A DNA stretch of 32,000 nt from Mannheimia bovis (GCF_014541205.1 NZ_CP061280.1:666798-698797), one strand, 5' to 3'; positions 9,936 through 23,587 are shown, counted from the first letter of the stretch. Notes: generated by a model from the letters alone, not told the origin. Program-made: numbers and translations.

Positions 9936-10120
9936 TTTATCAGACAATCTGTGTGGGCACTTGTTGATAGACTTGATTTAAAACTATTTTTTTAATTTTG
10001 AAGTCTTAATAGGTGCTTAACTAGAAATTCATTACTTTCTTTTAACTGAACTTTTTTAAGTTGAGCTAAGTTTGAAAGTGCGATTTTATGTCAGTACATA
10101 TTGAGCGATTAAACTTTTTG

Positions 10121-11659
<1,539 letters not shown>

Positions 11660-11858
11660 CCAAAAATCAAGGGCGAAGCTAAGCGAGAGCGAAGTGGAGC
11701 AGAAACGACAGCAAGTGTTCACACAGATTGTTTGATAAAGCAGTAGGACAAGATGAATGAGATTTAGACATTCAAGCGGTTAAAATCTTGCAAGATTTTG
11801 CAAATGTCGCTAAAATGTTTAACCCAAAATGGAAAAGTGGAAAGCATCTTTAAATGTT

Positions 11859-11934
11859 GTCCCCATCGTCTAGAGGCCTAGGACATCGCCCTTTCACGGC
11901 GGTAACCGGGGTTCGAATCCCCGTGGGGACGCCA
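11859..11934 (+). tRNA. gltU: tRNA-Glu (TTC) in the 16S-23S spacer
   Basis: GTCCCCATCGTCTAGAGGCC... with anticodon loop CTTTCAC and encoded CCA. Confidence 0.93.
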
Positions 11935-11960
11935 TTTAAAGATGATTTTTATTGTCTTAA

Positions 11961-11973
11961 TGTTCTTTAAAAA
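11961..11973 (+). promoter_or_regulatory. Spacer boxA-like element
   Basis: TGTTCTTTAAAAA is close to the E. coli spacer boxA and sits at the equivalent position after the spacer tRNA. Confidence 0.6.
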
Positions 11974-12138
11974 TTTAGAAACAAGCTGAAAAACTGAGAG
12001 ATTTTCGAAAGAAAGTCTGAGTAGTTCAAAAATCTTAGCTGAACAAAAGCAGCTAAGTGTTTAGTTTAAAAACTAACTTTAAGTGTTTTGTTTTTTCTTT
12101 CTCTGGATTGAAATAACAGAAAACATTTGAGGTTGTAT

Positions 12139-15038
<2,900 letters not shown>

Positions 15039-15183
15039 ACAACGCTCAAGTGTTTTTATAGAGAAACAAGAAGACACAAGGCGAAGTAAAGTAAAGACTA
15101 AACAAAAAAGACGAATGAAGAAAAGACAAACAAAGAGAAGAATACTCAAAGTAGCAGCTTGTTTTTAGATTTTAACTGAATTA

Positions 15184-15301
15184 TCCCGATGACCATAGTG
15201 CTGTGGTTCTACCTGACACCATTCCGAACTCAGAAGTAAAACGCAGTAACGTCGATGGTAGTGTGGTGTTTCGCCATGTGAGAGTAGAGCATCATCGGGT
15301 A
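15184..15301 (+). rRNA. rrf: 5S rRNA, copy 1
   Basis: Collinear with E. coli 5S (CCTGACACCATTCCGAACTCAGAAGT...GATGGTAGTGTGG...). Helix I is CCCGATGA/TCATCGGG. Confidence 0.93.
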
Positions 15302-15352
15302 TTATTTCCTGAATATTTTTGATTGAGAGCATTCAGGAAATAGAAAGAATTT

Positions 15353-15470
15353 GATTGATGACCATAGTGCTGTGGTTCTACCTGACACCATCCCGAACTC
15401 AGAAGTAAAACGCAGTAACGCCGATGGTAGTGTAGTGTTTCGCTATGTGAGAGTAGGGCATCATCAATCT
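15353..15470 (+). rRNA. rrf: 5S rRNA, copy 2 (diverged tandem copy)
   Basis: Same architecture as copy 1. Helix I is GATTGATGA/TCATCAATC. See the 5S finding for the compensatory changes. Confidence 0.9.
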
Positions 15471-15481
15471 AGGAATTTAGT

Positions 15482-15558
15482 GGAGCGGTAGTTCAGCTGG
15501 TTAGAATACCTGCCTGTCACGCAGGGGGTCGCGGGTTCGAGTCCCGTCCGTTCCGCCA
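15482..15558 (+). tRNA. aspT: tRNA-Asp (GTC)
   Basis: GGAGCGGTAGTTCAGCTGG... with anticodon loop CTGTCAC and encoded CCA. Confidence 0.93.
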
Positions 15559-15624
15559 AGTATTTAACCCTGTAGGGGCGAATAATCATTCGCCCCTATA
15601 AGTGTAAAAAGAAAAAATATCAAC

Positions 15625-15700
15625 AGGGGCGTAGTTCAATTGGTAGAGCACCGGTCTCCAAAACCGGGTGTTGGGAGTTCGAGCCTCTCCGCCCCTGCCA
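15625..15700 (+). tRNA. trpT: tRNA-Trp (CCA)
   Basis: AGGGGCGTAGTTCAATTGG... with anticodon loop CTCCAAA and encoded CCA. The Asp-Trp distal pair matches the layout of E. coli rrnC. Confidence 0.93.
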
Positions 15701-15708
15701 TTATTTAT

Positions 15709-15736
15709 AAGCCGACTCATTTGAGTCGGTTTTTTG
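15709..15736 (+). terminator. rrn operon rho-independent terminator
   Basis: The AAGCCGACTCA / TGAGTCGGTT stem is followed by TTTTTT. Confidence 0.85.
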
Positions 15737-15765
15737 ATTCAATATTTGTAAATTTTCTTCTTATT

Positions 15766-15788
15766 GGCATAGTAGGCAAAAGTGTGGG
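15766..15788. repeat. IS outer left terminal inverted repeat
   Basis: Matches the right IR at 21 of 23 positions and shares the terminal GGCATAGTAG. Confidence 0.75.
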
Positions 15789-15804
15789 ATTTTTGCATTT
15801 TCTA

Positions 15805-15827
15805 TGCCAAGTAGACAAAAGTGTTGG
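15805..15827. repeat. Second, sub-terminal copy of the IS end, in direct orientation with the outer left IR
   Basis: TGCCAAGTAGACAAAAGTGTTGG matches the right IR at 20 of 23 positions. Its inner 17 nt are identical. Confidence 0.7.
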
Positions 15828-15849
15828 TTTTGATTATTTTTATTCATCA

Positions 15850-16777
15850 TTACCAACTCTTTTTATTTAAAAAATCCTTTATAAACATAACCTTATGTTT
15901 TTTTGTTAATCCATTATGATTACTTAATTTCTGTTTAAGTTCCTTAAATAGACTTGCTATTCTATTGGTTGTCTTGTCTATATTGAGATGTGGATGTTTC
16001 TCAAACGAAAATAAATAATCTTGATAGCGTTTCAAGCTCGCATAAGCTCCCCTTACTTCTCTATGTTTATAAGGATAATAACCTTTTTCATTCGGATATT
16101 CTGATCGTTCATTTAAAAAATCCTGATGTTTTAAATACCATAAGTGTAATGTTTTATAAAATGTATTTTTCGTGCTTTTTGTTAGCGTTTTTACGATTAT
16201 TTTTAATTCTTTTCCTGCAACCGATTTATGTTTTATTCTGAGCTTTCTCATCACAATCGCAATCATATGAAATTGACACATTTGAGTTGGTGTATCAAAA
16301 ACATCTTTTAACAGTCTACGCCGACCATCACAAGTAACCGATTGAATTATATAGCCTTTCTCTCGTAGTCGATTTAAAGCAGTTTTGTAGTAAATATCTT
16401 TCTCGGTTTTAACGGTGTAATGTGCAATGACTTTTTTAATATTACTATCCATCAAAACTAAAATACCAAAATCACGATGAAAGAATGTCGTATCCATCAC
16501 ACTATTTAATTTTTTATTTTGGGGAAGGTTTAATTTATTTTTAGGGGATTTTTCAATATATCTTTGAATTGTTCTGACTGAACAATGATATTTATCGGCA
16601 AGTTGTTTGTAGGTTTGTTTTCCTGATGTGTAATCAATCCAAATGGATATTGGATCTAATTTTTTATTAAAGCTGAAAGTTTTATTACAAGAAGTGCATT
16701 TGTAACGTTGAGTGTTATTTTTCTTACCATGTTTATGTATAGTCGATTTTTGGCAGAAAGGACAATTTTTTGTTCAT
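15850..16777 (-). pseudogene. IS transposase (Zn-ribbon, HTH and DDE-type catalytic domain), out of frame at an A6 tract right after the ATG
   Basis: The frame is open from 16773 to 15850 (308 codons): ...CPFCQKSTIHKHGKKNNTQRYKCTSCNKTF...KQLADKYHCSVRTIQRYI...MDTTFF...VTCDG...CQFH...TTNRIASLF. Its only canonical in-frame start is the GTG at 16500. The ATG at 16777 (ATGAACAAAAAATTG) lies in the adjacent frame and stops after 14 codons. An A5 or A8 tract would fuse the two frames. Confidence 0.7.
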
Positions 16778-16831
16778 AATTCAAAAAAGTGGGTTAAAGC
16801 CTTGTACTATAAGGTTTTAACCCACTTTTTA

Positions 16832-16854
16832 CCAACACTTTTGTCTACTATGCC
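16832..16854. repeat. IS right terminal inverted repeat
   Basis: CCAACACTTTTGTCTACTATGCC. Confidence 0.75.
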
Positions 16855-16990
16855 TTATTTTAAAGAGCAGGAAAAGAATGTGTTGTTCATCAGCTTCTGG
16901 CGATATGCAAAAGTGGAGGAGGATGACTCTTTATTATTTAGGCTAAGACAGGCAAGCAGTTATTTTTAGGAAAATTTATAGCTTACTTCT

Positions 16991-17719
16991 TTAAATCCAT
17001 TCAAGTGTATAAGGCGTAATACCAATTTCTTTACTATTAAGACAATCCTGTAGAGCTCTAACATTATTAACAATATTTTCGGTAATTAGGTTCGCTTGTT
17101 TGATTTTTTCTTCGGTAGTATTAGGATCTTTTTCATTAAATAAAATTGCATTTAATAACTTTTCTGCGTGTACGCCAGCTCGGCAGTAGTGCAATACACC
17201 GACATCATTAAATGTTGTTGCAACGGAACTGATTTGAGTGGTTGCTATGCCTAATGCTCCGTCTTCTCCGCCTAACTCACGAAAAAGCTGATGTTGTGGA
17301 AAACCACCGCAAGCAAGAAAAAATGAACGGCGGAATACGTTATTTCCTGCACCTGTCATTTGCATAGTCTGCCAAGCCAGCTCAAAATTGGGATGTAAGC
17401 CGTATCGATCTGGTAGATCAATCGGTTTTAATGCTAAACGTACAAGTGCAGTTTCCGGTTTGAACTTAAAAATTTTTTCTGCAACCTGTAATGCCCCCCA
17501 GTTACGGGCCTTAGCTGCACCACCGTTTTTAGGCATTTGTTCTACACGGATTTTATGGGGTACTTGAGCTTGCAAGTGTTGGGCAAGTGCTAGGGTACCA
17601 TCGGTTGAGACATCATCAATTAACCAAATCAGGTTTGATTCCGGCTGATTTATCGCACTTTGTACCGCTCTAACCAATGTGTTTTCAGCGTTGTAGCAAG
17701 GGATAATTACATCTATCAT
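16991..17719 (-). CDS. Glycosyltransferase family 2 protein (atypical, see findings)
   Basis: The N-terminus [21 protein letters not shown]...[10 protein letters not shown]...[11 protein letters not shown] is classic GT2, and a later GGEDGALG motif is present. Its ATGA overlaps the lpxH stop. Confidence 0.75.
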   Translation of the reverse strand: MIDVIIPCYNAENTLVRAVQSAINQPESNLIWLIDDVSTDGTLALAQHLQAQVPHKIRVEQMPKNGGAAKARNWGALQVAEKIFKFKPETALVRLALKPIDLPDRYGLHPNFELAWQTMQMTGAGNNVFRRSFFLACGGFPQHQLFRELGGEDGALGIATTQISSVATTFNDVGVLHYCRAGVHAEKLLNAILFNEKDPNTTEEKIKQANLITENIVNNVRALQDCLNSKEIGITPYTLEWI

Positions 17720-18417
17720 ATAAATTTTGCTCCTTGTTCGCTTACTTCTAAAATTGAAGCATAATCAGTTTTCCAATCCCCTAAAACTATGCGGGTGAAG
17801 TCAGTCTCTTTGTGAATAGCTTGGCGATGGGTATGTCCGTGGATAAGTTGGGTAGCGTTAAATCTTGCCACGGTTTCCGATGTAAATTGAGGGTTAACAT
17901 CCATAATATTAGCTGATTTATGCTGTTTTTCTTGTCGGCTTTTAGTACGGATTTTCTCTGCAATCCGAATACGCCAAGTAAGTGGTAGGCATAGGAATAA
18001 GGCTTGTCGCCATTTCTGATGGACTTTCTTACGGAATGCTTGGTATGTGTGATCGTCAATGCAAAGTGTGTCGCCATGGCAGAGTAGGGTTTGTTTGCCA
18101 AATAGATCGACTACTTCATAATCCGGCAGAATTTCCATTCCTGTTTGTTGGCTGAAGCATTTTCCTATCAAGAAATCACGGTTTCCGCAAATAAAATAGC
18201 ATTTTACACCGCTTGTAGTAAGGGTTTTAATGGCTGCTTTTACGGTAGAAATTAACTCGGATTCTTCATCATCACCAATCCAAAAGTCGAAGAGATCTCC
18301 TAAAATATAAACCGCTTGTGCAAGCGGTGCTTTTTGCTGCATAAATTGCAAAAAGTGTTGGGTAATTTCAGGTTGATTTTCGTTTAAATGAAGATCGGCA
18401 ATAAAGTAGTAAGTCAT
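17716..18417 (-). CDS. lpxH: UDP-2,3-diacylglucosamine diphosphatase
   Basis: Carries the calcineurin-like metallophosphatase motifs of LpxH: [23 protein letters not shown] and HGHTH. Confidence 0.93.
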   Translation of the reverse strand: MTYYFIADLHLNENQPEITQHFLQFMQQKAPLAQAVYILGDLFDFWIGDDEESELISTVKAAIKTLTTSGVKCYFICGNRDFLIGKCFSQQTGMEILPDYEVVDLFGKQTLLCHGDTLCIDDHTYQAFRKKVHQKWRQALFLCLPLTWRIRIAEKIRTKSRQEKQHKSANIMDVNPQFTSETVARFNATQLIHGHTHRQAIHKETDFTRIVLGDWKTDYASILEVSEQGAKFI

Positions 18418-18430
18418 TGAGTATTTGTAT

Positions 18431-18473
18431 GAAAAAGAAAACGGTTCAATTTTTTACAAAATCGAACCGTTTG
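18431..18473 (-). terminator. Terminator after the DUF1523-like gene
   Basis: On the minus strand, the AAACGGTTCGATTTT / AAAATTGAACCGTTT stem (one mismatch) is followed by TCTTTTTC. Confidence 0.65.
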
Positions 18474-18492
18474 TCAAAGGAATTTATTGAAT

Positions 18493-19014
18493 TTAATCTT
18501 TAAAAATACCGCGAATCAGCTGTACCGATAAGAAGAATAGGAATGCTAATACAGCGTAAAGGACATAGCTGAAAATCGGTTTGCTAACGGTTTCTGCTTC
18601 AGCAAGCGGTTTAATGGAAACAATGTTTCTAAATTCATTTAACCAGTTGATACGCCAGCCGTAATATTTGATTTGAACGCGTTGTTTTTCGTTTGCGTAA
18701 GCCTGAGCTTTGGCTTGAATATCCGCAGATCCGAATTTGAAATAGGGTGGGAGCCCCCAGCCGGTATCTTCGTTACGATACACCATCACTTTCTTGGTTT
18801 CAGGTTCTTCGGTAAAGAGGAAGTAAACATCACGTACTTGACCATCAGCAGGGTTTGATTTGCTGATAACGCCGTCTTTATCCATTCTGCGAACTTCCAT
18901 TCCTGTTACTAATGTTTCTTCATAGCTTGGCATTGCGTAATTAACAGCTCCACCTAATACAATAAAAAAGGCAAGTGAGACTAAAATTAGAAAATATTTG
19001 AGCATAGTTCTCAT
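18493..19014 (-). CDS. Conserved membrane-anchored protein, DUF1523-like
   Basis: 173 aa with N- and C-terminal TM segments and the YRNEDTGWGLPPYFKF block I associate with DUF1523. The start is set at the ATG with an AAGGAA RBS, not the longer ORF in the track. Confidence 0.6.
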   Translation of the reverse strand: MRTMLKYFLILVSLAFFIVLGGAVNYAMPSYEETLVTGMEVRRMDKDGVISKSNPADGQVRDVYFLFTEEPETKKVMVYRNEDTGWGLPPYFKFGSADIQAKAQAYANEKQRVQIKYYGWRINWLNEFRNIVSIKPLAEAETVSKPIFSYVLYAVLAFLFFLSVQLIRGIFKD

Positions 19015-19024
19015 ATTCTGTTCC

Positions 19025-19813
19025 TTATAATTGAATTTTAAATAAGTTTTGCACATTTTCAGTTGTAATGCGAGCAAATTCTTCTGTTGAAACCCCTTTT
19101 AATGTTGCAACATACTCACAGGTTTCTCGCACATAAGCGGGCTGATTCGGCTTTCCTCGATAAGGGATAGGAGCTAGATAAGGCGAATCTGTTTCCACTA
19201 ATAAACGATCCAATGGCACTTTTCTGACCACATCTCGTAATTCTTCTGCATTGCGAAACGTGATAATTCCTGAGATTGAAATATAAAAGCCGATATCTAA
19301 AGCTCGCTTTGCCATTGCCCAATCTTCGGTAAAGCAGTGCAAAACACCTCCACATTTTTCTGCCTTGTTTTGTTCTAGCATATCCATAGTATCTTGGCGT
19401 GCTGAACGAGAATGGATAATTAATGGTTTATTCAGTTTATTTGCAATATCAATTTGTTGAACAAAAAGGGATTGCTGTAATGCTTTGGTTTCCGGCGTGT
19501 AGTGATAATCCAACCCTGTTTCGCCAATAGCAACTACTTTTGGATCTTGGGCAAATTCAAACAATTTGTCGTAATCAAAAGGCTCATCTTCTACATTTAA
19601 TGGGTGAACACCACAAGAAAGCGATACATCATTGCGATGAGCGGTTAGGTTTTTCATTGCTTCAAAACGCCCAACGGTTGTACAAACAGAAAGAAAATGA
19701 TGAACGCCGCGAGCTTTTGCATTTTCAATCACTTCATCAATATTTTTATGTCGGGTTTCGTAGTCTAAAGAGTCTAAATGGCAGTGTGAGTCAATAATAA
19801 ATAAGTCTTTCAT
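19025..19813 (-). CDS. ycfH: TatD-family metal-dependent hydrolase (YcfH type)
   Basis: IDSHCHLD, the GETGLDYHY region and ETDSPYL motifs. Its position after holB matches E. coli. Confidence 0.9.
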   Translation of the reverse strand: MKDLFIIDSHCHLDSLDYETRHKNIDEVIENAKARGVHHFLSVCTTVGRFEAMKNLTAHRNDVSLSCGVHPLNVEDEPFDYDKLFEFAQDPKVVAIGETGLDYHYTPETKALQQSLFVQQIDIANKLNKPLIIHSRSARQDTMDMLEQNKAEKCGGVLHCFTEDWAMAKRALDIGFYISISGIITFRNAEELRDVVRKVPLDRLLVETDSPYLAPIPYRGKPNQPAYVRETCEYVATLKGVSTEEFARITTENVQNLFKIQL

Positions 19814-19830
19814 TTGTTCCTTTTATTGTT

Positions 19831-20808
19831 CTATTCAAAAATTAAAACCAGTTTCGTCAAGCAGTCCAAGAGCATCAATTCCTGATTAACGGCATTCACT
19901 TCTACTAAGTCCCGTTGGGTTTGTTGGAGGATTTGGTGTCCTTGCATTAAGCCGTGAGTGGTGAGCTGTTGGCTAAATGGGATAATGCCGTTTTGGAGAT
20001 CTGGGTTAAGCCAACCTTGCGTAATGTTCATTTTGGCTTTAAGAGCATCGTTGAAGAAACTTTCGAGCCATTCGAGTTGTTGCAAAACATCTTCTTTTTC
20101 TTTGTCGAAGGCTTGGAAGAGTGGCACAACATCTCGGCTTTTATAGAAACGCCAGAAGGTTTGTAGGAACGCTTTTCGTTGTTGCAAGCGGTCATTTTCC
20201 AGAAAAGTTTTGCAAATAAGTGGGCGAGAGCGACAAAGGCGGAGAGCGGTTTCTAGCTCGTGCATTGAGGTTGCAGGAAATTCCGTTTGCAACCATTGCA
20301 TTGCTTCCGTAGTTTGTGGAGCATAAAGTACCCACGTTTGGCTGCGGCTTTGAATGGTCGCTAACACGGTAGATTGCAACGGGGCTTCCAGCAAGAAATA
20401 GACATTCTCACGTGGTTCTTCAAGGGTTTTGAGTAGAGCATTGCTGCTGGCTTCGGTTAAGCGATCTACTCCTCGAATATAGACAACGGTATTACCACCT
20501 TGTTGAGCGAAATTTTGTAGGTTAGCGATTAACTCTCGCACCTGGTCGATACCGATATCTTTTCCCTCAATAGGTTCTAAGATATGGAAGTCGGGATGAT
20601 TTTTGCTTTGTATAAGTTGGCAACTTTTGCATTGGGAGCAAGGCTCATTGCTTGTTTTTTCGGTGCAAAGTAACCACTCAGCCACTTTTTTGATTAAAGT
20701 ATCTGTGCCTAGCCCGACATCGGTTTTAAACAGCAGGGCGTGGTGTCCGTATCCATTTAAAAATGAAGCGATTATTTGTTGGTAAGTGCTTTCAAGCCAA
20801 ATGTACAT
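19831..20808 (-). CDS. holB: DNA polymerase III delta-prime subunit
   Basis: GHHALLF, a CxxCxSCQL zinc module and a TLEEP motif. The ATG overlaps the tmk stop (TAATG). A TTG 12 nt upstream is the alternative start. Confidence 0.9.
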   Translation of the reverse strand: MYIWLESTYQQIIASFLNGYGHHALLFKTDVGLGTDTLIKKVAEWLLCTEKTSNEPCSQCKSCQLIQSKNHPDFHILEPIEGKDIGIDQVRELIANLQNFAQQGGNTVVYIRGVDRLTEASSNALLKTLEEPRENVYFLLEAPLQSTVLATIQSRSQTWVLYAPQTTEAMQWLQTEFPATSMHELETALRLCRSRPLICKTFLENDRLQQRKAFLQTFWRFYKSRDVVPLFQAFDKEKEDVLQQLEWLESFFNDALKAKMNITQGWLNPDLQNGIIPFSQQLTTHGLMQGHQILQQTQRDLVEVNAVNQELMLLDCLTKLVLIFE

Positions 20809-21428
20809 TATTTCAGCCAATTTCTAATTGCGTGTTGAATATCTGCGGTAACTTGTTCAATTGATTGTTCTGCATTGATAATGACTGCTTTATCATTATT
20901 TTGCGTGAGTTCTAAATAACGCTCACGGGTGCGATAGAAAAAATCTAAACTTTGTTGTTCAATTCTGTCTAATTCGCCTCTGCCTCTGGCTCGCTCTAAA
21001 CCGATAACAGGATCAAGGTCGAGATAAATCGTTAAATCAGGTTCAAATGTACCAAGAACGGATTCTTTTAATGTTTCGAGTAATTTGCGATCCAGCTTAC
21101 GTCCTCCGCCTTGATAGGCTTGGGAAGACATATCGTGCCTGTCGCCCAGCACCCATTTACCTTCAGCAAGTGCCGGTTTAATCACATTTTCCACCAGTTG
21201 AACACGGGCAGCATAGAGCATTAATAATTCTGCTTTATCGGTTACAGGCTCTTCGGTTTCGTGCTTAATTAAATGACGGAGTTTTTCGGCAAGAGGAGTA
21301 CCACCCGGTTCACGGGTCATCACGATATTACTAATGCCTGCTTGCTCTAACTCTTTTAAAATTACTTGGTGAGCAGTTGTTTTACCTGCACCTTCTAAGC
21401 CTTCAATCACAATAAATTTTCCACGCAT
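20808..21428 (-). CDS. tmk: Thymidylate kinase
   Basis: [19 protein letters not shown]-loop plus the DRHD/YQGGGR region. The start is taken at the conserved MRGKF, not the upstream ATG in the track. Confidence 0.93.
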   Translation of the reverse strand: MRGKFIVIEGLEGAGKTTAHQVILKELEQAGISNIVMTREPGGTPLAEKLRHLIKHETEEPVTDKAELLMLYAARVQLVENVIKPALAEGKWVLGDRHDMSSQAYQGGGRKLDRKLLETLKESVLGTFEPDLTIYLDLDPVIGLERARGRGELDRIEQQSLDFFYRTRERYLELTQNNDKAVIINAEQSIEQVTADIQHAIRNWLK

Positions 21429-21438
21429 AGATTTCTCA

Positions 21439-22488
21439 CTATTTTTTCTGTTCGTTACTTTGATTATTTTTGCGTTTACGTTCAATTTGAATCCACTCTT
21501 GTACTGCTTTATTATGCTCGCTCAGAGTGCGACTGAATTTGTGTCCGCCTGTGCCATCGGCTACAAAGTATAAATACGGTGTATCGTCAGGATTTGCTAC
21601 TGCCTTGATAGACGCCTCGCTTGGCATCGCAATTGGCGTTGGTGGTAAACCATCGATTTGATAAGTGTTATATGGCGTTACTTCTTCTAAATCTTTACGG
21701 CGGATATTGCCATCGTAGCGATCACCCATTCCATAAATCACGGTTGGATCGGTTTGCAGACGCATTTTAATACGTAGACGGTTAATGAACACTGAAGCAA
21801 CTTGAGGGCGTTCGCCTGCAACGCCGGTTTCTTTTTCCACAATAGATGCAAGAATTAACATCTCATACGGATTAGCAAGCGGTAGATTTTCCGATTTATT
21901 TTGCCAAGCTTGCTCTAATGCTGTTTTCTGCTTTTGGTAAGCACGTTTTAGCAAGGCTAAATCCGTGGAATTTGGCGTGTAGCTGTAAGTATCCGGAGCA
22001 ATCCAACCTTCCATTTTTTCGTGTGGAATACCTAGTAATTCAGCGATTTCTTTTTCTGATTTATCTTTTAGCGTCTGTTGTAAATATTTCGCTTGGCTAA
22101 GTTGTTCACGCCAAACCTTGAATGTTCTGCCTTCAATAAACTGCACATTTAATTGCACTTCTTTCCCTGAACTTAAATGAGCGAGTAAATCTTTTACTGT
22201 TGTTAAACCATTTAAGGAATAAGCCCCGGCTTTGAATTTACTTAATTCAGGGTGCAGTCGCATCAAATAGGGGAGTAGATCCGCATCATTGTGCGTAACA
22301 ATGCCTTGTTCTTCTAATAATGTGGCTAATTTTGTGCTTGAAACGCCTCGTTCCAGTACGAAAAGTTGGTCTGGCTGAGCCGTGATTTTATGCTCTGCTA
22401 AATTGTTAAGTTTTTGGTAGCCGTAAAATACTCCACCAAGGGCGATAATACCGACTAAACCTAATGCAATAAGGATTTTTTTTAACAT
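21439..22488 (-). CDS. mltG: Endolytic murein transglycosylase (YceG family)
   Basis: N-terminal TM segment, ASIVEKET catalytic motif and YNTY motif. The mltG-tmk-holB-ycfH order is as in E. coli. Confidence 0.92.
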   Translation of the reverse strand: MLKKILIALGLVGIIALGGVFYGYQKLNNLAEHKITAQPDQLFVLERGVSSTKLATLLEEQGIVTHNDADLLPYLMRLHPELSKFKAGAYSLNGLTTVKDLLAHLSSGKEVQLNVQFIEGRTFKVWREQLSQAKYLQQTLKDKSEKEIAELLGIPHEKMEGWIAPDTYSYTPNSTDLALLKRAYQKQKTALEQAWQNKSENLPLANPYEMLILASIVEKETGVAGERPQVASVFINRLRIKMRLQTDPTVIYGMGDRYDGNIRRKDLEEVTPYNTYQIDGLPPTPIAMPSEASIKAVANPDDTPYLYFVADGTGGHKFSRTLSEHNKAVQEWIQIERKRKNNQSNEQKK

Positions 22489-22578
22489 CGAAATTGAATG
22501 AAATTAGGGAAAACGAGTTAAATTTTACTATAAAGCGGTCGGTTTTTCAGAAAAATTTGCAAATGTGATTTGAATAAA

Positions 22579-22654
22579 TGGTGGGTCATGAAGGATTCGA
22601 ACCTTCGACCAACGGATTAAAAGTCCGCTGCTCTACCGACTGAGCTAATGACCC
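22579..22654 (-). tRNA. tRNA-Lys (TTT), copy 3 of the array in transcription order
   Basis: The reverse complement reads GGGTCATTAGCTCAGTCGGTAGAGCAGCGGACTTTTAATCCGTTGGTCGAAGGTTCGAATCCTTCATGACCCACCA. Confidence 0.93.
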
Positions 22655-22676
22655 TCAAGGAGGTATTATAAGATAA

Positions 22677-22752
22677 TGGTGGGTCATGAAGGATTCGAAC
22701 CTTCGACCAACGGATTAAAAGTCCGCTGCTCTACCGACTGAGCTAATGACCC
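22677..22752 (-). tRNA. tRNA-Lys (TTT), copy 2
   Basis: Identical 76 nt gene, 98 bp register. Confidence 0.93.
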
Positions 22753-22774
22753 TCAAGGAAGTATTATAAGATAA

Positions 22775-22850
22775 TGGTGGGTCATGAAGGATTCGAACCT
22801 TCGACCAACGGATTAAAAGTCCGCTGCTCTACCGACTGAGCTAATGACCC
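22775..22850 (-). tRNA. tRNA-Lys (TTT), copy 1
   Basis: Identical 76 nt gene, 98 bp register. Confidence 0.93.
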
Positions 22851-22873
22851 ATAATCTTGCGTAACGAGGGCAT

Positions 22874-22901
22874 ATCATACGGATTTTTGAAAGTTTGGCA
22901 A
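22874..22901 (-). promoter_or_regulatory. Promoter of the tRNA-Lys array
   Basis: On the minus strand: TTGCCA, a 16 bp spacer, TATGAT, then the GC-rich discriminator ATGCCCTCG. An A/T-rich UP-like tract lies upstream (22905-22925). Confidence 0.6.
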
Positions 22902-23059
22902 GTTTTTTTTCTCTAAAAAATGTTGAGTGTGTGGTTTATAAGCAATTTTACGGAAAATTAAACAGTTTGATACAAAATACAAACGGGCTTTTATCTTTTT
23001 CTGAAAATAAGCTATAATCACGCCGTTTATTTAACCATCAATTTTAGAAGGAAAACAAA

Positions 23060-23587
23060 ATGGGCTTAGAATTAGTTCCAGCTGGTAAAGAATTACCAGA
23101 TGATATTTATGTTGTAATTGAAATTCCGGCAAATTCAGATCCAATCAAATACGAAGTGGACAAAGAAACCGGTGCATTATTTGTGGATCGCTTTATGGCA
23201 ACTGCAATGTTCTATCCGGCAAACTACGGTTATGTAAATAATACTTTATCATCTGATGGTGACCCGGTAGATGTATTAGTACCAACGCCATACCCATTAC
23301 AGCCGGGTTCAGTGATTCGTTGCCGCCCGGTTGGTGTATTAAAAATGACCGATGAAGCAGGTGGTGATGCGAAGGTAGTTGCCGTTCCACACACTAAATT
23401 AAGTAAAGAGTACGATCACATTAAAGATGTAGGTGATTTACCGGCATTATTAAAAGCTCAAATCCAACACTTCTTCGAAAGCTATAAAGCGTTAGAAGCA
23501 GGCAAGTGGGTGAAAGTTGAAGGTTGGGGCGATGTAAACGAAGCTCGCCAAGAAATCTTAGAATCTTTCGAGCGTGCTAAAAAATAA
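23060..23587 (+). CDS. ppa: Inorganic pyrophosphatase (family I)
   Basis: 175 aa with [25 protein letters not shown] and DGDPVDVLV motifs. Confidence 0.95.
   Translation: MGLELVPAGKELPDDIYVVIEIPANSDPIKYEVDKETGALFVDRFMATAMFYPANYGYVNNTLSSDGDPVDVLVPTPYPLQPGSVIRCRPVGVLKMTDEAGGDAKVVAVPHTKLSKEYDHIKDVGDLPALLKAQIQHFFESYKALEAGKWVKVEGWGDVNEARQEILESFERAKK

Larger units (their letters stand above)
15766..16854 (-). mobile_element. Insertion sequence of about 1089 bp with 23 bp terminal inverted repeats; family not assignable by eye
   Basis: The left end GGCATAGTAGGCAAAAGTGTGGG matches the reverse complement of the right end, GGCATAGTAGACAAAAGTGTTGG, at 21 of 23 positions. TTATT flanks both ends (15761-15765 and 16855-16859). 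A single transposase frame fills the interior. Confidence 0.8.

Noticed and set aside
15640-15870. A 76 aa plus-strand ORF
   Set aside because: It starts inside tRNA-Trp and runs through the rrn terminator and the IS left end. It has no RBS.
16712-16969. An 85 aa plus-strand ORF spanning the IS right end
   Set aside because: It is antisense to the transposase N-terminus, crosses the IS hairpin and the IR into flanking DNA, and is low in complexity. It is not a gene.
22579-22850. The 98 bp tandem repeat as a possible CRISPR array or VNTR
   Set aside because: Each unit is a complete tRNA-Lys gene and the spacers are nearly identical to one another, so this is not a CRISPR array.
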